A DNA stretch of 64,000 nucleotides from Macrostomum lignano (taxonomy: Eukaryota). Below are positions 54,329 through 64,000 of this stretch, one piece after another; the stretch's first letter is position 1, and each line of letters begins with the position of its first letter. The translations under genes were made by a program, and so were the position numbers. The notes beneath the pieces are model-generated. The model was not told the origin of the DNA and made no database searches. It was given only the letters and a program-made list of their open reading frames with translations. The DNA lies in the NCBI GenBank assembly GCA_002269645.1, contig NIVC01000778.1:310001-374000 (forward strand), written 5' to 3'.

Positions 54329-56814
54329 TATATATAGAATATATAATATAGGCCTATTAACAAAAGTTATCATTTTTGTAAATTTATATGCTATAATTGT
54401 TATAGGGTCAACCATTTTCATATTTAAATTTCAATGTGTTGATGTATAATAGCCATAGCACATTATAATTGCACATTGCTAATTCTATCAATTTATAGCA
54501 GTTCCAAAAATGCTACAAAATAATTTAAACCAAATCCAAATATTTTTGAAAAATTGATTCATATTAATATCATCCATGGTCAAGAAGGTGTGCATATAAT
54601 TTAATGTTTTTTAATTTTTAATTTTGAGTTTAAAAACCAACGATTGTTGTAATATTTTTTTAAGTACACATATTATGTTACCATAAATTAAAAAAACCTT
54701 TTGTGCCATTTTAAATTTAAAAAAGCAAGTTTTTCATTGTGTTTTATCTTTTACATGTGAACTAAGAAGTTAATACAGTATAGACTGTGCCAGGTAAGAC
54801 ACTCTATGCGTTGTATATGCACACATGGTGCACAATAAATTTTCTTCTGCGCCATTTGTGCCATGTGCACCAAAAAAAACCTCTGTGTGCGCCATAATTT
54901 TGCATAAAATCTATTACCTTCCTGACTGTGAAATATCATTAGACAATAACAAAGCTCTTAAAAAATCAGATGAAACAAAAAATTTCAAACTAGACTCTTT
55001 CAAAATTTTAATTACAATTTTTAAAAAAATCAAAAATTGCACTTGAAAATTCCAAAATGTGGAAAATTGAAATTGAAATTTCAAAACATCTATAGATCTT
55101 ACTTGAATTCAGTGTTGGGCACCATTAATGAAAATCTTAATTTCTGTTAATAACAAAGCCTCTCTATCCATCTTTGCAGTTCTTTAAAACTTCACAATAC
55201 AACAATAGCAATCTGGCATTCTTAAGGTTTATTTCCCTTTTCATTTCTCTCTTTCCTCTTTCCCCTCTTCTCTTCCCTCTCTCCTCTCTTTTCTCCTCTT
55301 CCAACTTCTATTCCCTCTCCAATCCCACTTTCATGTCCCGCAGCCATAAGCTAGATTCTTTTTCTGGCCCTTGACACAAAAAGTTAGCTGACCCTTGTTC
55401 TACAATGAACTCGTCATTTTGATTTTTGAATAAGAATATAAGTCTATCAGTTTACCACTTGTGTAAAATTGTCATTACTCATCAGTAAAAATTGTCACTC
55501 ATTCATTTGATTCATACTGCCAAAGAACCATGCAATTGCCCTGCAGAAACATTGGTTAGGTGAGCATCACATCTGAAAGTGGTGCTCACTTTGCTCAAAG
55601 AATATCCTTGCACATTGAAAACATGAGCTCAACACTAGCATTTGATGGTTATTGGGGTGTTGTAGCAGATGAACAAGCAAATAAGGTTTTTATTATATAG
55701 GAATGCCTTGTCAGTCAGCTGGTCCGCCGCATTGTATGAGGAGTTTGCCTTGGATTCAACAATAATCTGAGCTTGACTTAGAGGAGTTGGGTCATCCATA
55801 ATGAGATTTTGCCATGTCTGGATAAGATTGCTGACAAAATCAGCTGGCTCTTCTAGCCCCTCTGTGGCTTTGGCAATGCTGTGGTGAGCGTTGCAGCAAT
55901 CAATTTTGTGTTTTGCAGCAATCAGCAATCAGTTTTGAGCGATCAGCAGGCCAATGTAAAGAAATGTTTTTAGTGTTTTCTTTAGGGCTGCCTTTGTTGT
56001 CATCTTCAATTGCAGTTTTCACTGCATTCTCCATTAGCTCTCAAACAATTATAGCCTTCTTGGGATAACAAGTCTCTAGCCATTGAAACTGAAACTTTGG
56101 GTGGAATGCAACACTAAGCAGGCAATCTATGTTGTCAAATGCTAAAGCAAAGTGCTTCTGAATTCCAAAAATCATAATCTCAACAAGTGTGTTGCAAAAT
56201 TGCAAGCCAGATGTTTTGACTGCCTTCAGCTTGCTAATAGTTACTGTAATTGTTGGTAGCAGCACCCCCAGATAAGCCTGGGATTTTTCTTGAAGGTAAT
56301 CCAGAGCCATCTCTAAAAGGCAAGATGCCCATTCGAATTCAATAAAAATTGGATGTTGTCAGTTTTAAATGGTTGTATTGGCTTCTGCAATTGCTGCATA
56401 AGATGCTAGATGCTTGTTTGTATCTTTTTCAAACTGAGCTGGAGCAATGGTTTTGTTGAAGATTGTACATAGCTGCTTCACAAGGTGGTAGAAAGAATTC
56501 CAATGAGTGACATTTGGGACAGCCAATTTGAATGCAAGAAGGTTTTTAATGTCATCAGCAGCTTGTGTGCTTTGGCCCTACATATTCCATAAAGCTTGAG
56601 CTTTGGCAGTTGTTTGTTGGAATTGCTGTCGGAATACTTATTGACTTTTGCTACTGATACCGAATGCATTGCTAGACTGAGAATTCATAATTAGCATCTG
56701 AACATCAGCTGTAGCCACCAGATTAGAAGTGTGGGCAGTGCATCTCATGTGATGGGGCAGTAGACCATGGCCAAGATCATGAGATTCAGATGCCTCATCA
56801 AGCTATTCTATCAC

Positions 56815-56986
56815 CATACATGCACAACCTTGGGATTCACCTGGTCATTTCTATTGGTAACACACACATGTAAGTTGCTATTGGTTGAAAGCAGTCACGT
56901 GATTACTATTCCATCTAATAGTGACTTACATGTGTGTGTTGCCAATAGAAATGGCCAGGTGAATCCCTAGGTTGCGCCCAAGCATG
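56815..56986. mobile_element. Palindromic MITE (long TIRs), copy 1
   Basis: CATACATGCACAACC...GGTTGCGCCCAAGCATG; about 70-bp inverted arms; TSD TCTATCAC/TTTATCAC. Confidence 0.85.
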
Positions 56987-57215
56987 TTTATCACATTCAC
57001 ACTGATTGGCTCTAGTACAACTAGCAGGCCTTTCTCAGTGTTAGCCATAGGTTCACCATCTCCATTGTCATCCTCCAATACACTGTCATCAGTATCACTA
57101 GCACTAGCATTGGCCATAGCAGTTTGATATTGATTAGCTATAGTAGCTCTGGCAGTGGTCTCATTAGACTGATGCTAAGTAGACATGCCAATAAGGCTAG
57201 TGCAAGCTGTGGCAT

Positions 57216-57385
57216 CATATGTGTGCAACCTTAAGAATCACCTGGCTGTTTCGATTGGCAACACACACGTAAGTCGCTATTGGCTAAGAACAGTCACGTG
57301 ATTACTATTCTGTTCAATAGCAACATACATGTGTGTGTTGCCAATAGAAACAGCCAAGTAAATCCCAAGGTTGCGCCCAAGCATG
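57216..57385. mobile_element. Palindromic MITE, copy 2
   Basis: Same family; perfect 8-bp TSD TGTGGCAT. Confidence 0.88.
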
Positions 57386-57601
57386 TGTGGCATAGTCAGC
57401 AAAGGCCTATGTAGAAATGAAAAGAAACAAGAAAATAATATGTTTATTTGGTCTAATTATATAAGAATCTAAGTCTATTTCCTCAGTCATAATCAAACTA
57501 CTCTAAAGAGATTATTTTATATATTGACTTACCTTGACAAAATTGCTGCCATTGTCTGTTGTGGTGCGCACAACTTTGTCAGAAATCATGGATTGTGCAT
57601 G

Positions 57602-57896
57602 CATACATGTGCAACCTCCAAAATTTGGTCGGCCGTGCGACTTAGTTTTAAAAAAAATGCAACATAGTTTTTGGCCAAAAATGAGACTTACATGTAAAAA
57701 ACACAAGCAAAATTAACACAACTTTGGGTAAATGGCAATAGTAACTATGACTGTCCTATTAAGCTGAAATGCCTCGTCAGCTACTTAGTACTACTACTTG
57801 GGTGTTTTTTTAAGTGGGCATTTTTGCAACTTCCTTGGTTGGCCGCCAAATCGGTTAGCCGGATCGGCCAACTCAGCCAACTGTTGCTCTTGTATA
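57602..57896. mobile_element. MITE with CATACATG-type ends carrying a 28S rRNA fragment (copy B)
   Basis: TIR CATACATGTGCAAC / GTTGCTCTTGTATA; TSD TGTGCATG/TGTGCATA; inserted in the hAT relic. Confidence 0.8.
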
Positions 57897-60269
57897 TGTG
57901 CATAAAGTGATAAAATTGCTTCAGCTAGTGCATAAGCAGTGTGACGGCCAAATACTCAAATAAATGCCAAAACAGCAAAATGTTGTTCATAGGTTACTGG
58001 ATCCAGCCAATGCACTGTCATCCCAAGAAATGCCCACTAAAGCCCTGTCTAGTAGTCAGCTGTAGTGCCCACTTATGGCATAGTGCTTAGGATGCTAAAA
58101 ATAAGTGAATATGATTCTTATAATTTTTTAGATTAAATATTAGATTAGAAGTCATGTCCACCATTGTTATTCTTAAATCCTAATGACCTAAATTTTTTGT
58201 TTTTATTAGTGTAATTAAGTCAAATTAAAAGGAATTTGACATCTTCAGACATACTAATGAGTGATGAGCATCTTCATCATTGCATTGTAGGCATCCTTGA
58301 TCTGTCGCCAAGAGTTCTCCTTGACAAGATGAACTTCCGCTCATTGAGCAGTCGGCAAAATTTAAAAAATGAAGCTGAGTCAACAAGACACAGTGGAAGC
58401 ATATTGTCAGTGATGAACTCAATTAGAGCTTGGTCAATAATAGCCTGCAAAACATGTGCAGATGAATTGTGCAGACTAAGACTGAGCAATTTTTAGCTGT
58501 GACTGTCTAGATGATAGTCAAGCCTTTTTTGGACATGACTAGAACTGACTGTAGGAGTTGTAGGACTGGCTTTCATAGATGTAGGCATAGCTGGATTGTC
58601 ATTGGTAAAAGCAGATTTGCTTAGACTTTGACTATCAGTATCTCAAATTTGCTTAGTCTTTGTGCTCTTCGGTGATACTCTAGTAGCACAAGAAGACTGG
58701 CCTTGCTTTGAGTTTGCTTGGACACATAGAAACTATGATTCAAAGCAAAATTATAATAAGTCCGTAAAATAATTTTATCAAAAAACCCTTGATTTATCAA
58801 ATATATTCAAGCTAATCAATTTAAAAGCAAAGTTCAAAATTTGCAAAATATATAAGAATACTATTACTAAAAAATTTTTTGAAGTTGACACAAAACAGCA
58901 AGAAATTCAATACTAAAATTTAATAAATAAACTCGAAAAATCAATAACAATAATTGAATCATTAAAAAAGAATACATATTAATAAGAATTCAAAACTTAA
59001 AAAATATGAAATTATAACAAAAAAGTATTAAAAAAGGTATAAAAATTATTTTTCAAATTGTCTTAAAAACTACAAATGATAATTAAAATTTTAAGTTTAG
59101 TTTTGCTTATACAAATGCAAATGCACTAGCCTTACCTCAGATGCTTGTGCTGAGTGCATACAAGTAATGTGTGATTTTAAATTGCAAAGTGATAAAATAT
59201 ATGCTTTCACAATTTTTTGAAGGCTTGCATAGCATACACAAAAAGCCAGATTTCTTTCATTGTCTTTGGCTTAACCATTATTTGATAAACAATATAATTT
59301 GAAATAAGTGAGGCCAAGGATTTTGATTTTGATTGATTGCCTCTTGAGAGTCTTGATCTTGGTTTTCATTATCATCATTATCATTGTTTTCATGATGAGC
59401 TTGAGCTTTACCTGCTTCATCATTATTATTGACTTCAATTTCAATCATATGATCTTGATCTATATCTTCATTATTCTTATTCATTATTATGACTAAGTCA
59501 AGGCCTATGAGAAAAACAAGAAACTGCACTATATTAGTCAACTTTATATAGTTTTTTACTACTAACGATGATATATCTGACTATCTTACATTCTCACTAT
59601 CTATCACTATCACTAAAAACTATTATTACTATTACTATTAGTACTGTATTAATATTATATAGTACTACACTGTACTATAAAAGTAAAAATGCTAAATTAG
59701 TAATTTCTAATTTCTAATTTTAGGCAAATTAAGGCCTATTATTAGATAATTAATTAATTAATTAAGGCTCCGAATAGTCTTAAGGCTCTAAAGCATCCTG
59801 TCAAATATCAAAGATATTTCATGTCAAACAAAAGAAGTATCATAAAACATTAAAGGAGCTTCATATCAATCATAGAGAAATCATCATATGAAACATACAT
59901 AAAAAAGGCATCATCATGTCTTATAAGTATATTAACTATAAGTGCCGAAATTCATTTTATAAATTTGATTAGAGCTAGCCTAGATGTGAACAGACTAACT
60001 ATTAGTTAAGACAGATTTTGCATTAGCTCAGAAAGTGATTATTGCACTTGATGAGAAAAATATTATTGTACTAGATAAAAAATGATTATTGCGCTAGCTA
60101 AGAAAAAGATTATTGCACTAGCTTAGATAAGGATTATTACACTACTTGAAAAAGCAATTATTGCATTGGCTAAGGAAATTATTGCACTAACTTATTATTT
60201 GGTGGATGCTTGCTATTTAAGGGATGCTTAGTTGGAGGATGCTTGCCACCTGTGAGATGCTTTCTAAGG

Positions 60270-60548
60270 CCCTATTGCAGCGCATGGCTTAAGTACGCCA
60301 GACGCCTACACAACCTGCGCCACGCTGTGAAATGACTTACCTGTGAAAGAAACCCTAAAGCAAAATTAACGCAGTTTTGGGTAAACGGCAGGAGTAACTA
60401 TGACTGTCTTATCAAGCGTAAATGCCTCGGCATCTAATTAGTACCGCGCCGCGCCGTACTAATCGCTGCTTGCCGTACGCGCCACGCCGCGCTGTTTTAG
60501 ATCCGCGCCGGACGCCGTCCGCCAAAATGCCCATGCGCTGCAATCAGG
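60270..60548. mobile_element. MITE with different TIRs carrying the same 28S rRNA fragment (copy C)
   Basis: TIR CCCTATTGCAGCGCATGG / CCATGCGCTGCAATCAGG; flanking direct repeat TTCTAAGG; superfamily unresolved. Confidence 0.75.
60379..60449 (+). other. 71-bp fragment of eukaryotic 28S rRNA (helix 69-71 region); not a functional rRNA gene
   Basis: 58/71 ungapped identity by eye to the conserved GGGTAAACGGCGGGAGTAACTATGACTCTCTTAAGGTAGCCAAATGCCTCGTCATCTAATTAGTGACGCGC. Related copies at 54160-54223 and 57726-57789. Confidence 0.85.
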
Positions 60549-61092
60549 TTCTAAGGGATGTTTACTCTTGGGAGGGCCCTATTGAAATAAATTTTGAAAG
60601 TCTGCAAATGCACACTTTAGAATGGAATCAAATTATTTTACTGCGCTTTAGCATTATTAGAGATGTTCTAAAAGCAAGCATATTTTGTCAAAATCAAAAT
60701 TTGCTAACTTTCCAAAATAAAAATTCAGAAAAACAAAGTTTACTATGACTAATACTCACTTTTTTACTTTTACTTTACTTCTAATGCAAAACAAAATACA
60801 TGTATATATAGCAGACATTAGTTTATTTTTAGCCACTTTTTTAGACATAAAATTTTGACTTCCAAATTTTTTGTAATCAAAATTTGCTCTTAAAAATCCC
60901 AATTTTGAAAAAAAATATAAAATTGAAATTTGGGAACATCTCCAAGCATTATAAATGACAAGTGTATAGGCCCTTTTCCATGTATATTTATTTACTGGGG
61001 CAGTAGCCAGCAGGAAAAGGCAGCGTGCACACAGGTGCTGCGCGTCAATGTTTGCACTACATTTTTAAAAAAATTCAAAAGTGCACCAATTG

Positions 61093-61260
61093 CATGTTTG
61101 GGTGCAACCTAGGAATTCACCCGGCTGTTTCTATAAGCAACACACATGTAAGTCGCTATTGGACGGAATAGTAGTCACGTGACTGCTCTTAGCCAATAGC
61201 AACTTACATGTGTGTTGCCTATAGAAACAGCCTGGTGATTCCCAAAGTTGCGCATGTATG
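61093..61260. mobile_element. Palindromic MITE, copy 3 (opposite orientation)
   Basis: Ends CATGTTTGGGTGCAACC / GTTGCGCATGTATG; TSD ACCAATTG/ACCAGTTG. Confidence 0.85.
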
Positions 61261-61314
61261 ACCAGTTGCCATCTACGGTCTTACAACTTTTTCTTATGGG
61301 ATGGGAGATTAGAC

Positions 61315-61530
61315 GGTACTTGCTATCTGAAAGGGGGTTGCTAGCTGGCTACTGATTCTTTCTATCCAGGGATGTTTGCTATCGGGTATGTTTGCTATCT
61401 GGGGGGATGCTTGCTATCTGGGGGGATACTTGCTATCTGGGGGGATGTTTGCTATCTGGGGTTGCTTGCTATCCAGGGATGATGCTTGCTATCTAGGGAA
61501 TGCTTTTGACTTGGGAGGAATGCTTGCTAT
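61315..61530. repeat. About 19-bp degenerate repeat (GGGATGCTTGCTATCTGGG)
   Basis: Visible array; related units flank MITE copy C at 60200-60570. Confidence 0.75.
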
Positions 61531-62663
61531 TTTGTGAAGGCTAATTTTGTTGTGTTTCTGTGACTTTTATAGAAAAAGAGATTCATAGCAAATATCTATG
61601 TCCATGACAATTTTACTCAAATTGGTTCTCAAAAATGTGCTTTTTTAATGGATTTGCATGAATAATTTTGTTCCTTGTTTTTTTTATTAGGTGCACTAAA
61701 GGGTGGCACTAGATTGCTAGTGTAATTTAATTACTATAAATAGATATTTTGGCCATTAAACTATACTAAAATGAGACATCTGTACTGTCTATCTAAGTAT
61801 TGATATAATTGCTAATATATGTTAAGGTTCATATGGAAAATTGCTTTGATATCAAAGCTCATGGGGGAATTTTCAAGGTAGCAAGGCTAGGTAGGGGGAA
61901 TGGCATGATGTTATGACTTCTGGTAAGTATCATTGAGATATCAAGTCTTAGGTGGAATTGCTAACATGTCAAAGCTTATAGAGTGGTTGATAAAATGCTA
62001 TGGCTCATGGGGGGTTGCTTAGATGCCAAGGGTCAATTGGAAGTTGTTAGTAGGCCAAGCCAAAGATAAGTCAAAGGGTGATTTTGTGTTAAGCCATGAC
62101 TTAAAGGGAAGCTTTGATGCCAGTGTGTTGAAAATAGAAATGTTCAATAATTTCAAGTTGCACTTATACATAAACCAAACCAGCATTTTAAATAACAGGT
62201 TTGAGGAAAGGTTTAAAATTGCTTTTTCTCTCAATATTTCTCTTATCTATACCTATAAATTCAGTTTCATCTAATAGAAAAATACTTGTCAGTATGTTTT
62301 TATGTGAAATGAGTTAAGATAACAATTAAATTTACATTTTTAATAGATGTTCAAATTATCTAAGTATAATATCTATAATATAAGTTGCGTTATTGTAATA
62401 TTTAGCAATATTATCTGACTCGTTTGTTTGATCTATCATGAAAGTATTTACAACTTCCATGGAAATCTTAGTATTTGGCTTGGCCTCCAATGTAAGTAAT
62501 TAAGTTGCAATTTATATTTTGTGAATCTAATTTCAACTGAAAGGCCTGAATATTTATATCAATCAAAATAGTATGCATAATAAATAATTGTTCCATCTGA
62601 AGCATCCATGCGCATGCCCTGGCATTTCTGCTTTCTCCAGACAGCAAAAAAGCAAAAAACTAA

Positions 62664-64000
62664 ATGGAGCCAGAGTTCAAATTTACCCCGCCACCATTGG
62701 CGCCAATATTTGAGCCAACTGCCGAGGAGTTTGGCAATTTCTATGAATACCTGCGTGACATCTATCCGATTGTTGTGAAAACTGGCGTCTGCAAAATCCG
62801 GCCGCCCAAGGGTTGGAAGCCGCCGTTTTGCATCGATATTGACACGTTTGAATTCACGCCTCGTATTCAGCGTCTGAATGAACTTGAAGCCACCTCTAGA
62901 GTTAAGCTGAACTTCCTTGATCAGCTAGCCAGATTCTGGGAATTGCAGGGCGCCAGACTGCGGGTGCCGTGCGTTGACAAGCGGCACGTTGATTTGCACC
63001 GGCTTAGCCAGGCTGTTCAGAGGCTAGGCGGCTACGACTCCGTGTGCTCTGGCAAGCGCTGGCAACAGGTATTTATTGTTTAATCTAATATGGAGCTTGA
63101 AACGATATTCACTTGGAGCTGCTGCCCTATCATAATTTAATTTGCCATTTGCTCACAATTTGGCAAATTCTTTTACCTTTGGGGCCAGATTAAAACACGC
63201 CTACACGCCAGATAAGAAGAGTGGAAATGAGAGGGAATAGAGGAGAGAGAAGAGTAGAGAAGTGAGGAGAAAAGATAGACGAGACAAACCTTTCCTTAAA
63301 CGAGCCGGATTGCTGTTATAAAGTTTCCAAAAGACCCCATGGCCGGATAGAGAAGAACTTGCTGACCCTTAGGGTGAGGTAAAAATATTAGTTTTCAATT
63401 ATTACTTTTCGATTAATTTACATTGGTACTTACAATAGGTAAAGTCAGGCAATTTGTACCTAGAATCGCAAGAATTCAATGGATTAATTGATCCCATAAC
63501 TCTCAGGTAGCCGAACTCACCGGCTATCCGGCCAGTAGCAGATGCGCCCCGGCTCAGCTGCGTCAGCATTACGAACGAATAGTTCGACCGTACGACATTT
63601 TCAAAGCCGGCGTCTCAACCGATGTAGGCCTGCTGCGCGCTAAAAGCATCGAACGGCAGCAGTCGTCGCACGGAGGAGTTGGAGGCAGCGGCGGAGGCGC
63701 CGGCGGCCCACCGACAAGACGCTACGGTGCTCGCGGCGGCCTCGTCCGCTATCCGTCGGCTTCTTCTTCAACAGCGGCGGCGGACGAATCCGGCGGCGGA
63801 CTGGACGATGCTGGCATCGATTATAATCGCAGTAAGGAGCTTCGCAGGCTGCAGTACTTCGGACCGGGCCCGAAGGCTGCCGTGCCGCAGGCTGCGCTGC
63901 CGCCCGAACAGTCGGCTCCAGTTGTTGAGCCGACTCGCATGGAGGTGAAGTCAAAGCGCGAAGGCACCGCAGGCTGGTTGGACTCGCTGGTTTGCCGAGT
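62664..64000 (+). CDS. KDM5: KDM5/JARID1/lid histone H3K4 demethylase, first two exons (runs off the window)
   Basis: Exon 62664-63068 encodes JmjN (PIFEPTAEEF...KTGVCKIRPPKGWKPPF, FTPRIQRLNELEA) and the start of ARID. Exon 63507->64000 stays open: QHYERIVRPYDIF, KELRRLQYFGPGPK, and LVCR at the start of PHD1. Phase-0 GT-AG intron. Confidence 0.93.

Larger units (their letters stand above)
55540..59500 (-). pseudogene. Decayed BED-finger hAT transposase gene interrupted by MITEs
   Basis: Fragments occur in the correct order on the minus strand: NPWPHL (about 59300), NLKSHITCMH BED finger (about 59160), EFITDNMLPL...LSRRTL (58489-58277), TTTDNGSNFVK (about 57540), ALDYLQ...GVLLPTI...HPKF (56310-56041) and a hATC-like remnant (about 55600). 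Many stops and frameshifts. Confidence 0.8.

Noticed and set aside
60379-60449. Functional rRNA gene
   Set aside because: Only about 70 bp match, H69 pairing is disrupted and the flanks are MITE sequence.

Overview
Eukaryotic (animal) genomic DNA, not prokaryotic. It has GT-AG spliced genes with GC-rich exons, TTAGGG motifs and minisatellite-filled introns; a Macrostomum-like flatworm is my inference only. Host genes reconstructed by hand: a 14-exon GABA-B-like class C GPCR (3427-14569, -), a 14-exon SLC45/GPH-like MFS transporter (17590-25742, -), an intronless TFG (38397-39467, -) and the 5' part of KDM5/lid (62664->64000, +). A weakly supported spliced gene lies at 26268-31535 (+). Mobile DNA: a young 8.7-kb Ty3/gypsy element (720-bp LTRs, tRNA-Leu PBS) with an extra non-env ORF3 behind a splice acceptor; an RT-less Mag-type LTR element nested in a hAT-type MITE that sits in a SINE target duplication; two tRNA/CORE-like SINEs; a decayed BED-hAT transposase gene; and several MITEs. 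Most notable observations: (1) three MITEs carry a ~70-bp 28S rRNA fragment whose R2/I-PpoI cleavage site is specifically scrambled; (2) the gypsy ORF3; (3) a minisatellite pair in inverted orientation around one GPCR exon; (4) every long intron of both reconstructed genes is inflated by a tandem repeat; (5) a 104-bp satellite with one telomeric G-quadruplex unit per monomer. All gene models, identities and counts were done by eye without tools.
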